In this document: positions 42,881 to 58,289 of the stretch, one piece after another | Layout: each line of letters opens with the position of its first letter | Position numbering within the stretch: position 1 is the first letter of the stretch | Source: Eledone cirrhosa | Lineage: Eukaryota | Assembly: GCA_964016885.1 (NCBI GenBank) | Contig: OZ024740.1 | Span: 322,834,001 to 322,898,000, forward strand | Reading direction: 5' to 3' | DNA: 64,000 nucleotides | Program-made: the position numbers and the translations under genes | The notes under the pieces: generated by a model | The model's input: the letters and a program-made list of their open reading frames with translations, nothing else | Told to the model about the DNA's origin: nothing | The model's database searches: none

Positions 42881-43111
42881 ACAGAAAAAATCAATAGTTA
42901 TAAAAATAAAAATATAAAATATGATTTGACCTGGAGTGTGCTCAAAAGAGCCACCCCTTATCAAAATAATAGAAAGGAATGTAGATTATGTTCCCAAGAA
43001 CTATTTGAAATAATGAAGTCTAGGGATATCTTATTAAATAAAAGACAGGAATTAATTATATCGTGTAATCATAAACTAAAAAAAACATTTAAATATTATA
43101 AACCTAATTAA
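42881..43111 (+). pseudogene. C-terminus of a PLE GIY-YIG endonuclease (CxxC...CxH type)
   Basis: KNIKYDLTWSVLKRATPYQNNRKECRLCSQELFEIMKSRDILLNKRQELIISCNHK matches the W.I...A.PY.....C.LC..E...I......LNKR.E....C.H motif of PLEs (Naiad-like). Confidence 0.8.
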
Positions 43112-44903
43112 TAACATTATTCTAGAATTTAATTTAATTTAAATGTTAGTTAACCTATAAATTTAATTTTATTAATATTTTATTACAGATGAGAAAATAT
43201 TATGTAATCATAAATTTTGAAAAACCTTTAAATATTACTAATATATACTCAGTAATTTAATTTATAGATTAATTTTAATTTATTTTAACCTTTTATTATA
43301 ATTTTTTTTATTATAATTCTTTTACAGATAAAATATAACAAAATAATATCATGTATCCTATGACGGAGAAAGAATTTTTAGTATTATAGACCTAATTAAT
43401 ATACATTTTGGAAATATATTTATTATTTGGTTTTAGTTTTAATCAACCTAAAACTTTAATTTTAATTTGCTTAAAATTAGTATCCTTGTACAGACGAATT
43501 GCAGAATGTCATGTAATCATAGAATGGGATGTGTTTTGGATATATACCTAGTTAATATATTCTGTGCAATTTTTTGAAAAAGATATGTATATCTATATGT
43601 ATATGTATATGTGTGTATTGTATGTGTATCTGTATGTATATTTATGTGATTATATATGTATGTATGTATATATATATGTATATATATATATATATGTGTG
43701 TATATGTATATATATGTGTATGTGTATGTATATGTATATGTATGCGTATTAATTTTGATTTTTATTTGCATATAATTATATTATGCTATTGATGAAATAC
43801 AATATCTGCTTTATGTATTGTATACCTAATTAACATATACTAATTAACGTATACTATTGAAATAAATATATAATTTTTAATTTAGTTAACATATAATTTA
43901 TATGCTACTACCGATGTAATACTTTATTTTATTTTTATTTGGGTTTCTTTTCCCTATTACTAAATTCATCTCCTAATATTGATACCATAACGTTATTAAC
44001 TTTAATTTAGTTATAATGTAATTAATAATCTACTACTGTTTGACTTCATAATTCTGCTTCAAATATTATAAACCTAACTAATTTACACCTTGGAAATCAA
44101 TATGTTGACTATCTTTGGTTTAGTTAACATATGATTAATGGTATACTTTTTTATTTTGGGATGCATAGATTTCGTATTTCCTAGCACTGAAAATATGTAA
44201 GAACATACATTGAATTAAGATACGGAAAATATTATATGTTTCTTGAAACATATATTTACTTTGATCCCCTTCTCCAAACCCCCCCTTTCCCCCATACTAT
44301 TATCATCTGTTTTTGTAAGAGTATATGTATGAATATATGTGTAGGTGGGTGTCTATATAGGTTTTGGTATTTATTTCTAAATATAAAAATACATATATGA
44401 GCATGTAAATATAAATGTAAGATTGAGTGTCTATATATGATTGTACATACATATGTATGTATATATATGTATATATATGTATTATATATGTATGTGTATG
44501 TGAATGTGTGGTATGTATATGTGTATGGTATATGTATATATGTGTATGTATGTGTATGCTTGTATATAGGAATATATATATGTGTATATATGTATGTATA
44601 TGTATATGCGTGGTTGTATGTATGTGTATATGGGTTCTGTATATATTTGTATGTCTCTCTATTTATATGTTTATCTTCGTATCTATGTGATATATGTGTG
44701 TGTGTGTGCATATATGCATATGTATGTGTTTGTGTGTGTTTGTATGTGTGTGTGTATATATATATATGTATTTGCGCACACTCACATACACATGTATATA
44801 TATATGTATATGTGAGTGTGTATGTGTGTCTGTGTGTGTGTGTGTGTGTGTATGTGTATATATGTATGTATGTGTATGTATATGTATGTATGTGTATATA
44901 TAT

Positions 44904-44939
<36 letters not shown>

Positions 44940-45404
44940 ATATAGGTGTCTATGTGTGAATATATGTCTTTATTCGTATGTGTGTATTTATGTATGTATA
45001 TGTTTAGGTGTATGTATGTATGTGTATGTATGTGTGTGTATATATATATGTATATGTATATATGTATATGTGTGTATATATGTATATATATATATATATA
45101 TTATTCTTTATTATTATTGTAATATAACTTATGTGTATATGTGTATAAGTGAGGTTGTGTATGTATATATACTGTGTGTATATGTAAGAGTAATGAAATA
45201 TATATATATATATGTATATATATGTGCATGTCTGTTTTTTATGTGTGTGTATATATATATATGTATGTGTATATATGTGTATATATATATATATATGTGT
45301 ACGTGTGTGTATGTGGATGTATATATATATATATATATATATACATGTGGGTGTTTGTATGTATATTTATGGTGGTATGAGTGTGGGGATTTATATGTTT
45401 GTAT

Positions 45405-45436
<32 letters not shown>

Positions 45437-45457
45437 GAGTCTATGTGTGTGTGTATA

Positions 45458-45496
<39 letters not shown>

Positions 45497-46254
45497 ATGT
45501 GTGTATGTGTTGCGCGTGAGTGTGTGTGTATTTATATCTTTTTATATGTGTATGTGTATGTTCGTGTAAATGTATGTGTGTGTATGACAGTATAGGTATG
45601 TGTGTATGTATGTATGTGTAGATATCTCTATGTGCGCGTACATGTGTGTATGTGTATGTATATCTGTATGTGTATGTACATTTATTATATTTTATTGTTT
45701 TTATTTTTTTATTTTTCTTAATTTATAGATACATTTATATTAGGCTGTCTGGTCTGACAATCTAATACTGACCCCTCCCCCCCCCTCCCACCTAATTTCT
45801 GTATCTTGATCTTGAAATGTGTGTACCAGTGTTTTTATGTGAGTGACTTAATTTCTATTTGCTTATGATTTTATATCCACATATATAAATGTGAGTGGGG
45901 GAGTGTGTGTGTTTGTATGTTCGTGGTTATGTGTATATTTATGCATATACGCACATGTATGTGTGATTATACTGATATGTGTGAGTATGAAAAAAATATA
46001 TTTATATGCTTGACTCCATAAGTATCTTTGCGTATCTTATCAGCGCATTAAACTTACAGAGATATTAACCTTGAAATTTTGTGTTTGCATCCATCTTTTT
46101 AGTATACACATGCAAATTATACACACATTATTGTAAAATATGTGTAAGGTTTTTGCATGTGTATACACACACCAAACTGCTTTTAACCCTTTGTGTTTTC
46201 ATTGGTCAATTTTGAACTGATATTTTGAATTGTTGTTATTATCAATAAATATAC

Positions 46255-46409
46255 TTCATTATTTCTGAAGACGGCGTATATATGAGTTAGGTATGTATAT
46301 TTAATCTTGATAATTTGTATAATTTTGTATAATTTTGTACATAGATCTGTTAAATATGCATACCAATTATAACACATATATGCCCTAGAAACGATCGTTA
46401 AATAGTGAA
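46255..46409 (+). ncRNA. Hammerhead-like motif with a ~115-nt stem II region
   Basis: Stem I TTCATTATTT/AAATAGTGAA (10 bp), CTGAAGA 46265-46271, GGCGTATAT/ATATATGCC, GAAA 46388-46391, CGATCG, GUU site. The base of stem II is offset. Confidence 0.6.
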
Positions 46410-46454
46410 CTTTTTTTGTTTAATATAAGGAATTGTTTGTTCATTATTTGTTTA

Positions 46455-46547
<93 letters not shown>

Positions 46548-47233
46548 TATATATATACACTAATATATATATATATATATGTGTATATATGTATATACAT
46601 ATATACGTATATATGTATATGTATACACATATATATGTATATATGCATATGTTTATATGTATATACATATATACATTACACGTATATATATATATATGTC
46701 TGTGTATGTATGTATATATATGCATATACAGAAAAATATCCTTTCCACACGAAATTTTTCACCCACCATTTCTGTGTCCCATTCTGCCCCTCCAGTCTTA
46801 CACTGTTCTCTCAATTAACACAACTTTTCTATTAACCATTCATGTTTCTTTCTTTCTTCATCTACTTGTTAGCATTCACTTTTTCTTTGTTTTTTTCTTT
46901 ACAAACCTTCATCCCCCTCCCACTGCTCCCCTCCTCCTCCTCCGATCTTCTTCTTCTTCTTCTTCTTCTTCTTCTTCTTCTTCTTCTTCTTCTTCTTCTT
47001 TATATATATATATATTTATATATGTATATGTATATATAGGTATACATTCACGAACACACACGCACACATACCCACCCCCTACCCACACCTACGAACACAC
47101 ACACACACACACATATATATATCATGACATCTTTTAAATTTCTTTCAAATCATATAACTATCACTAATTATATACGACGATTCAAATTACTGATTCGCCT
47201 CAGACTCTGTGTATATTTATATATGTGTGTATA

Positions 47234-47300
<67 letters not shown>

Positions 47301-47457
47301 GCTTATGCATACATACAAGCACATATAAGCACATCCAAATACCAATAAAAACTGTTATATGCAACTCTATAAAAAGTATATGTAGGTGAATTACACAAAT
47401 CTTCTCGATTTTCGAAGATATTTTTATAGGAACACAACTTATTTTTTTACATATCAG

Positions 47458-47533
<76 letters not shown>

Positions 47534-47671
47534 TTATATGTATATATATATACACATATACATATACACACACATAAATATATATATATACATACATATA
47601 TGTGTAGTTAATACATGGCATGTTTTTTGTGTATAATTATATGTTTACATCTGTTTGTGTATTTATACATG

Positions 47672-47737
<66 letters not shown>

Positions 47738-47756
47738 GTATATTTATATATATATA

Positions 47757-47829
<73 letters not shown>

Positions 47830-47844
47830 GTATACATGTGAATG

Positions 47845-47881
<37 letters not shown>

Positions 47882-48032
47882 GAGTGTATATAAAGAATAC
47901 CGCTAAATATGCGAAAATCATCAGATTTCTTTTACAGATATCTTTATTTCTAATTTAATATAATATATCCAACATCCAACATTTTAGGTTTTATATGACC
48001 CCCCCCCCCCCACACACACAAACACACTCACA

Positions 48033-48145
<113 letters not shown>

Positions 48146-48354
48146 ACAAACACACACACACATACATGCACCTTTTTCTAGTTCTCTTACTCAGAGAAAA
48201 AACTGCAGAAAACTGTAAGAACAGGAAAAAAACAAAAAACTCCATCTCAACAGGACTAAGGTGAGCAACAGCATTTTCCGATCTGTAGATAATAAAACGA
48301 TGATGATGATAATTGTGATGAAGATGGTGAAGATGATGGTGATAATGTTGTTGG

Positions 48355-48401
<47 letters not shown>

Positions 48402-48644
48402 TATGATGGTATCAATAAGAAAAATACCATCCCTTTGCTGCTGATACCACAGAAATAACTGTAATCATCTCACCATTTTCTTTTTTTGTATTTATCTCTG
48501 TAAAATAACCGTCATTTATTTTTCTTTCTATATATATACATTTACACACACACGTAAACTCACAGAAATACACTCACGCACACACTCACGCACACATTCA
48601 TACACATATATAAACATGTATACACGTTTATACTTACATATATA

Positions 48645-48680
<36 letters not shown>

Positions 48681-49573
48681 ATGTGTATATGTGGTTCGTT
48701 TTCTGTTCGTCTTGCTGCTCTGTCTGTATATATATGCTTGCATAAACATGTATGTATAGATGTATGGATCCATGTATGCGATTGCATTTATCACGTGCAG
48801 CGTAAACATTTCTGGGAGTAGAATATATAGGACCCAAATGCAGTGTAGAAAAATATATAGGTTTAGCTGCTTAATAACTATACAGCGTTATATATAGGCT
48901 TAGCTCTTTATTAACTATCCGTTGTTATATACAAGCATTGCTGTTTACTAAGTATACAACAGTATATATAGTTTAGCTATTTACATTTTATATAGCATTA
49001 CATATAGATTGGCAAAATCGGTAGAGTATCGGATAACATACTTTGCAGAATAGAGTTATGGTCCTTTACGTTCTGAGTTCAAATCCCGCCGTGGTTAACT
49101 TTGCCTTTCATCCTTCAGGTTCGATAAAATGAAGTACCAGTAATGCACTGGGTAATTGCTGGCCTTGTGCCAAAATTAGAAACAATTATATATAGGCTGA
49201 GATAAGTACTCTTCTTCTTCTTCTTTTTCTTCTTCTTTTTCTTCTTCTTCTTCTTCTTCTTCTTCTTCTTCTTCTTCTTCTTCTTCTTCTTCTTCTTCTT
49301 CTTCTTCTTCTTCTTCTTCTTCTTCTTCTTCTTCTTCTTCTTCTTCTTCCGGGGAGTTTCGAAGGGGCAGTGTCCTCAAAGACTCCTTCCAGTGGGTCCT
49401 ATCAAAAGCAACCATCACCAATAAATCCGACTAAATCCCGAAGTGAGACCAGCCGAGCTCATGGTAATTGCTGGCCTTGTGCTAAAAGTAGAAACAATTA
49501 TAGTTATTTCCACGGTTCTCCATGCAATCGAGATGTCCTTCATGCATTTGCTGTTGATTATGAGAACGGTATC

Positions 49574-49609
<36 letters not shown>

Positions 49610-49762
49610 TCATGTAAACAGACATTCGTCTCATTCTGACGTCACCAGCCATGTCTCTCCATGTACGTTTATTTTTTCATAATTACGTACGAGGTGAAGT
49701 AGCCTATCTTTAAATTCCCTTTTTGGCATCTTTTTCAGTGGATTTAGGGTTATCGTGTTTGA

Positions 49763-49842
49763 GCTCTGCTGATGAAAGACTCCAACCGTGACCATCCCCA
49801 CTGAAAGTTTCGCGAAATAGTCTTCTTAAGACTATACAGAGC
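49763..49842 (+). ncRNA. Broken hammerhead (GAAA and stem III replaced)
   Basis: GCTCTG-CTGATGA-AAGACT...AGTCTT-cttaagacta-TA-CAGAGC. Stems I and II are perfect, but GAAA is absent. Confidence 0.4.
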
Positions 49843-50083
49843 ATTTGTAGTTTTTCCAAATTGAAGGATGAGTATTTAAACTTTATTTTATTCTGAGTTA
49901 AGGCTCTATTGATTTTTCCCTGGATTTCACAAAATTCTATGGATAAATCTATGTCTTGATTTTTTTGAATTGAGTTTGAATTATTTTCCCACATCTTACG
50001 TTAACTATTTTTCTATTTTGACGTTATAGTCACTTATATATTATGAAATACTGTTGGCTTCACGTTCACAACAATTTCTATAC

Positions 50084-50133
<50 letters not shown>

Positions 50134-50259
50134 TTAGCGAGAATCGCATTTCGGCGATTAGCGAAACGCAATTTCCGAATTGTGTTGGCGAGCGCTCAAT
50201 GGATATGAAGATACCAGAGCTATAAACATAAGTTAAAAAGGCCATACAAAACATACTAT

Positions 50260-50367
<108 letters not shown>

Positions 50368-50460
50368 TGGAACACTGGAAGGTAATATCCGTAGTGGTAG
50401 AGCACTCAGTCCAAGGGACGAGTAAGGTAGAAGTGGTTACACAACAGTTAGTTCGCCATA

Positions 50461-50501
50461 CCGAGAACAATTGTTTCACCTTCGCGGATCTTCAGCTCTG
50501 G
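50461..50501 (-). ncRNA. Minimal hammerhead-like motif
   Basis: Minus strand: GAG-CTGAAGA-TCC gcgaa GGT-GAAA-CAATTG-TT-CTC. Confidence 0.5.
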
Positions 50502-50814
50502 ATGTGTATGGTTATAGGAACAGGAAGGACAACCGTACGAACGCGCATGCGCAGACATTCGGTCACTTCACACAGGCAATACTAGACTGCGTGCGGGAGG
50601 TGTAAGGGAGATAACTGCGAAAGTCCGGAAAGTTTTTAGGTTGAAAATAAAATTAAAAAAATTAAAAATAAAATTACAAAGAATCAGTCCGGAGCCTTGT
50701 AGTTATGCAATAGATGTTTGGTGACGTGTGGACAACGTGTGAAAAATTCACTTCTCGTGTTTAGGCAATCACTATTGCGTAATCTCTTTAGGATAGTTAT
50801 TCGTTCAGTTAGTT

Positions 50815-50859
<45 letters not shown>

Positions 50860-52582
50860 TATATATTATATGTGTATGAGTTGCAATAACATTGATGCCT
50901 AGCAGTTTCAGTATATACTGAATATATCCATTGTGAGACTGTTGGTCTTTCACAAACCATATATGTGACTTTTACTCTTCAATAATATAATTCATCCTAA
51001 TTCCATTCGGGTAATAATAATAGATTAATTATAGCATATTAACTGACACACCGCCGGCTGCTACGATTAGTATTCCGGCTGATACGTTCAACGGAACAGC
51101 CTGCTCGTGAGATTAACATGCAAGTGGCTGAGCATTCTACAGACACGCGTTCTCTTAACGTAATTCTCAGGGAGATTCAGTGTGACACAGAATGTAACAT
51201 GGCTGGCCCTTCGAATTATAGGTACAACTCATTTTTGCCAGCTGTGTGGACTGGAGCAAGGTGAAATAAAGTGTCTTGCTTAAGGGCAGAACGCACCGCT
51301 GGGAATCGAACTCACGCCCTTGCAATTGTGAGCTGAATACCCTAACCAGAAAGACACGCGCAATTCAGTTAGATTAATTATTCTTACGACAAATCATAAT
51401 ATAATAAAATAATATAATAATTGTCTCTACGTTAGGCACAAGGCCAGCAATTACCCAGTGTATTACTGGTACTTTATTTTATCGACCCCGTAAGGATGAA
51501 AGGCAAAGTAACCCTCTAAATAATGAATGAGTATTACAAAATTTATGTACTAAATTTCGTAGCTGTTGATTAAACATAAATATTCTTATATATAATGATT
51601 GCTTATTTTAAGTTTCACTTCTTTTAAAATGTTCAAATGTCAATGCTTCCGGTTATGATATAACGGACGCTATATCACACATCGCTTATATAAACGTTCA
51701 TATATTTTCATCGTTAGATCATAACGTTTATATTTCCGTTGCTAATTTTCTCCTTTTTCGGTTTCATTACATTTCTCCGTAATGCAGCTTATATATAATA
51801 TCGTCTTTTTTTATTGTCTCATGGATTATTTTACTTACAGAAGAGAGTGAAACACAGTCGCTCTTCAATTTCTGTACATATTGTCAATTACGATTTTATT
51901 TGACGTATCATGCATGTATATTTGCGTATAATATCAATATGCACACTACACATGCTAGCAGATAACCACCCGAAGGGCGGTTTTTCTGCTAGTATGACAT
52001 AACTAGGAGAACAAAAGTTAATATTTCTACAACCAATGTAATTCTATGCTGAAGGAATGATGCTTTGCTCATAATTGAAACTTAGTCATATGTAATAGAT
52101 TTTGGAGCCGACTTTTTTTTTTATCAGGGGTGAAAGTAAGAGACAAATTAAGCACTCTCTCATTTTGGTACAATTTTAATGTAGTTTCTATATAGATATG
52201 TGAAAATGTCATCTACCTGTGATGATGAGTTGAAGTGCCTGAGTGAGTTGATGTTCTCTCTCTTTCATTCAAAGCTTCCGTTTCTCTCTCTCTCTCCCTA
52301 CACTCACTATTATAAGCAAACTGCAGCCCACGCACTGGTTGCCTCGCACCCCCGGCGGACAGAATAGAGAAGCCGGTTCCCCGGAGGATGGTGAGCCATT
52401 CCAACTCGCTAGGCTCACACCTGCGTATAGCCAATACTGGTGGTGAGTAGGGAGGTGGGCCTAGGGCCAAGGACACCAGAAGTCTCCACTGCTGTGGGCT
52501 CGACCGCAAACCTTGTTTTAAGTTATTTCAGTTAAATAATATCTGTAGACAAAAACAGGAAAAACACCATCATCATCAACAC

Positions 52583-52700
<118 letters not shown>

Positions 52701-52749
52701 GTCGTCGTCGTCATTATAATCATCACCATCATCAATAACAAAGACAACA

Positions 52750-53608
52750 ATAATTTTTTCTAGCTTAGAGAGAGGAAAGTTGCTTACTTAAGTGGTACTT
52801 TATTCTATCGACCTCTGGAAGTATGGAAGGCAATTTTAACCATGGTGGGATTTGTCCGGAATAATAATTCTTTCTAAGATCGGCACAAGGCCAGCAATTC
52901 GCGGAAGGATAAACTCGAATATATCGAACCCAGTACTTAATTGGTACTTTAATTTATCGATCCCCAGAAAGATGAAAGGCAACGTTGACCGTAACAGGAT
53001 TTGAAATCAGAACGTTAAGAGCTGGAACATATACTGCGAATCATTTTTGGGGAATAATAATGGTTTCTGATTTAGGCCAACAATTTTGGGGAAGGGGAAA
53101 ATCTGGTTACTGGTACTTTATTTTATCGACCACGTAAGGATGAAAGACAAAGATAATCTCGGTGGGATTTGAACTCAGAACGGAAAGTGACGTAACATTT
53201 ACCGCCAAACATTTTTTTCGGAATAATAGTGTTTTTTTTAAATTTAAGTAGTACAAGTCCAGCAATCTTGGGGGTTTGGAAAGTCGATCAAATCGAACTC
53301 AGTGCGTGACTAGTATCAGTCCCGCAATGATGAAAGGCAAAGCTAACCTCGGCAGGGTTTCAACTCAGAACATAAAGGGAGGTAATATATACTGCAAAAC
53401 ATTTTTTTTTTAAAAAATAATTTGTTCTACTTTGGAACAAGGCCAGCAATTATCCTAGTACATTAATGGTACTTTATTTTATCGACCCCGTAAGGGATGA
53501 AAGGCCAAGTTAACCTCGGTGGGATTTGAACTCAGATCGTAAAGGGCCGATATACTATACTGCAAAGCATGGCGTCCGACTCTCTACCAATACTGCCACT
53601 CGAACGCC
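52750..53608 (-). mobile_element. Array of about five diverged family-1 SINE copies
   Basis: GGTACTTTATTTTATCGAC...GAAAGGCAAAG...GATTTGAACTCAGA repeats at roughly 180-bp spacing. Confidence 0.75.
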
Positions 53609-53999
53609 CTATGACAATAACAATAATGGTAATATGTAATAATGATTATAACAATACAACATTATAATAAATGTCAACAAGATGATAATAATAATAATAC
53701 AAATAATAAAAATATCTAATTTTTAATTATTAAATCTAGATTTATTTTTCCCAAATGTTTACTGCTGAATATAATCATCGGGCACTTTTAAAATTGAAAT
53801 TAGTAGAGAAATTAAATTTGAAATTAATTAAAAATGAAAGCATAAAAAAATACTGATAAAAATAGAATATACCAATAACAACATCAGTTATAAAGATGAT
53901 TAAAAATATAACAACAACAATATCTATAAAGATGAAAATATAACATCCCCGTCACCAACACCACCACCAACTGATATAAAGATAAAATACAACACCATC

Positions 54000-54334
54000 A
54001 ACAGCACTTCCACCATCATCAACAACTCCACTGCCACCAACCACAACAACCCACCAGAATCACTATCACCACCACCACCATCATCACTAACACTACCACC
54101 AACTACAACAACACCACAACCACCACCAACAACAACACAAACAACAACAACACCACCAGCAACACCACCGCCACCAACAACACCACCATCACCACCAACA
54201 ACAACAACAGCACCAACACCGCCGCCCCCACCAACACCAACACCACCACCACCACCAACAACAACAACACCACCACAAACAACAACAACAACTCCACCAC
54301 CAACACCACCGCCACCAACAACACCACCATCACC

Positions 54335-54366
<32 letters not shown>

Positions 54367-54688
54367 CACCACCACCAACAACAACACCACCACAACCAAC
54401 ACCACCGCCACCAACACCACCACCGCCACCAACAACAACACCAACACCAACACCAACACTACCACCACCAACACCAACACCAACACCACCACCACCACCA
54501 ACAACAACAACACCAACACCACCACCAACACCAACAACAACAACACCACTACCACCACCACCACCACCACCAACAACAACATCAACAACACCAACAACAA
54601 CTGCACCACCACCACCAACAACAACACTACCACCAACAACAACACCACCACCACCAACAACAACAACACCACCACCAACAACAACACC

Positions 54689-54719
<31 letters not shown>

Positions 54720-54991
54720 CTACCACCAACAACAACACCACCACCACCACCACCACCAACAACAACACTACCACCAACAACAACACTACCACCAACAACA
54801 ACAACAACACTACCACCACCAACAACAACACCACCACCACCACGAACAACAACAACAACACCACCACCACCAACAACAACACCAACAACAACAACACCAA
54901 CAACACCAACAACAACAAAAACACTACCACCAACAACAACAACACCACCACCAACAACAACAACAACAACACCACCACCAACAACAACAAC

Positions 54992-55022
<31 letters not shown>

Positions 55023-56350
55023 CCACCACCAACAACAACAACACCAACAACAACAACAACAACAGTTATAAACTAAAATATTTTCATATTTAAGAAAAAA
55101 CTGCCAAATAAAATTAAATTTAGATGTGGAAGTTTAGTGATATGTTGTCTGGAGATTGATTGGACGGAGATGTTACAAGTTAATAGATATAACAGACATA
55201 CACATACACATATATTCATATATAGACATATATAGACATATATAGACATGTATAGACATATATAGGCATATATAGACATATATAGACATATATAGGCATA
55301 TATAGACATACACAGACATGTATAGACATATATAGACATATATAGACATATATAGACATATATAGACATATATAGACATACATAGACTTGTATAGACATA
55401 CATAGACATATATACACAGGCATATATATACATATATAGACATACACATAGACATGTATAGACATATATAGACATATATAGACATATATAGACATATATA
55501 TAGACATACACAGACATATATAGACATACAGAGACATATATAGACATATATAGACATATATAGACATATACAGACATATATAGACATATATAGACATATA
55601 TAGACATATATAGACATATATAAACATACACATACACACATATACATATATAGACATACACAGACATAGATAGACATATAGATACAGACACGCACATACT
55701 CATAGACACACACAGACATACACACACACACAAACATACACAGACACATCCATATACAAACACACATAGACATATATAGACATACACAGACATATACACA
55801 CATATATACATACAGGCACACACATACTCATAGATACACACACAGACATACACAGACACAAACATATACAGACACACATAGACAGACACACACATACACA
55901 AACATACAGACACGCAGAGATACACATACACACATAGAAATATATATATACACACACAGACATATACACACATATACATATATCTATATATATATACAGA
56001 CACACACTCATAGACACACACAGGCATACAAACACATATACATATACACTCATAGAAACACACACACAGACATACACAGGCACAAACATATACAGACACA
56101 CATAGACACACACATAGACATATATAGGCATACGCAGATATATACACACATATACACACAGACACACACATACACAATAGACACACACAATAGACACACA
56201 AATACAGACACACACAGACACATGCAGACACACATGTACACACATAGACGTACCCAGTTACACACATACACACGCAGATATATACACGCCGATGTACACG
56301 CAACCACACACACACGCACAAACATATATAATAGATATAGACAAATATAC
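54000..56350. repeat. (CAA/CAC)n, (ATATAGACAT)n and CA-rich simple repeats
   Basis: Direct inspection. Confidence 0.9.
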
Positions 56351-56836
56351 ACCTCACAGAAAGAGAAAATACATATACACCCTACAGAAACAGAGAAATA
56401 CATATATACAACCTATACACACAGATAAACGGAAATGTATGTTAAATGCAAATTTAGTTGAAATAAAACACATACACGCGCGTGCTTATGCCCCATGGAT
56501 ATATGTAGAATGTATTAAACACATACATAAGTACATGTGCAGGCAAACGTATGCAACCCACAGACAGACTGACATATAAAACTATACGCGGGTATACGTA
56601 TAGAAATCGCGCAGAAAGGCAAACTGCACACATACATACGTTTACGAGCATGCAAGCATATATTATTCAACACATACCTACACAGTAAAAGAAACCTAAA
56701 CACATATACATGTATATGTGTTTAGGTTGTTGGCATACATACGTTAACGTTCATGTCGGCATATATTATACAACACATACCTTACATACCTAAAGAAACT
56801 TAAATACATATACATAGATATCTTTCTTTATACATA

Positions 56837-57229
56837 CGAGGGCAATCCCAAAAGTAAGGTCCCCTTCCGTTATTGCAACTTTTCCGTTAAAATCCTGTGG
56901 ATGGTGCTTCGGGAAACCTAAGGAACCAAAATACAGAGAGCATCCAGAGTGATCCGCCGATCTTTAAGTATGTTTTCCTCGGAAGGAGACCTTACTTTTG
57001 GGATTGCCATCTATATAATAACTGCGCGAAATTCGCACTTGGTGGTAGCGTTCAACGGGAGCTCCATTCTCAACGGCTGTCAAGCCAAGATTGAGCATCC
57101 CAGCGAAGCGCGCGCATGCTTGTTTTGGAGTGAAGGATGCACCAATCACAACAGTGTTGCCAACAGCCGTACGAACAGTTTCTCTGCGTCCCCATCGCTT
57201 TGGAGACCTTACTTTTGGGATTATCCTCG
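56837..57229. mobile_element. Mariner-type MITE with TA target-site duplication and an extra internal TIR
   Basis: TA-CGAGGGCAATCCCAAAAGTAAGGTC ... GACCTTACTTTTGGGATTATCCTCG-TA. A third TIR copy lies at 56985-57012. Confidence 0.8.
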
Positions 57230-57499
57230 TAGATATGTGTATGTTCAGAATGCGTCGAAGTAGGCGAATGTAGGGGTCATCAAGGCGCTTTTGTTTTTTT
57301 TGTATAAAAAGCGTATGTTTCCATTCCATATAGCAAGATTGGTTGAATTTCTACTTGGAAGAATCTGAATTTGGTGTGGTTGGAAAGATTTGAGCGTCAA
57401 ACTCGATCCCTTTTATTGCAAGCTGACCATGCTTAGGTCTTTCTGGTGGCTAAATCCTTCTCAGAGTCCATGATCCTACTTCGACACATTCAGAACATA

Positions 57500-57795
57500 A
57501 GCTGACGACATCTGACTTTGAAAGAAATATATGCCGGTCTCCCACGCATATCTGTCGTGGTACGTAAAAGAAGAGTAATATTTGCTGGCCACTGCCATCG
57601 TGCCACCTATGAGGCCTGCGCCCCTTGTTATTAGTGACAAGCAGTCACTAATAACAGGAGGAGAAAGCTATCCCGATGTCATCTCCAGAGATTCTGGTAC
57701 TGAAATCCAGGATTTGGCAACGGCAATGAACAACAGATCCACGTGGGGATCAATTGTTGAGTCAATTTCGGTTGAGGCCGCCGAATGATGATGTG
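57500..57795 (+). pseudogene. RTE-like LINE 3' fragment
   Basis: LPRISVVVRKRRVIFAGHC...YPDVISRDSG...LATAMNNRSTW, a stop codon, then a (TGA)n tail. Confidence 0.7.
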
Positions 57796-58289
57796 TTTAG
57801 GTTGTTGGCATGCATACATTTACGTTCATGTAGGCATATATTATACAACGCACGGATACCCCCCCCCCACTACAAAAGAAACTCAAACACATAACCATAT
57901 ATATATGTATAGGTTGTAGGCATACAATGACATGTATATATCTATAGGTTGTAACCATACATTCGTTTACGACCATGCAGGCATATATCACACAACACAT
58001 CCCTACACAGCAAAGGAAACTCAAACACATATACATGTATATATGTATCTAAAGTCTAAAGTCTAAAGCCAGAATTCTCATTTGGCCGGTGCTTATCCCG
58101 GTTTCATGGCGTGAAGCGACTAAGAGTACAAGACTCCCCCCTGGACAGGACGCCAGTCCATCGCAGGGTTAAAGCTCCAGCTATTACTGGTACTCATTTT
58201 CAGCTGAGTATACTGGAGCAACGTGAAATGAAGTGTTTTGCTCAAGAACACAACACGCAGCCCAGAAATCGAACCCACGACGTTATGAC

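Larger units (their letters stand above)
42208..46463 (+). mobile_element. 5'-truncated Penelope-like element with an inverted copy of its 3' end (596-bp inverted termini)
   Basis: 42208-42803 is the reverse complement of 45868-46463. A GIY-YIG C-terminus lies at 42881-43111, an HHR lies in each arm, and the 3' end joins (TA)n. Confidence 0.85.

Noticed and set aside
42208-46463. DNA transposon with long TIRs
   Set aside because: There is no transposase or clear TSD, and the internal peptide and ribozyme point to a Penelope-like retroelement.
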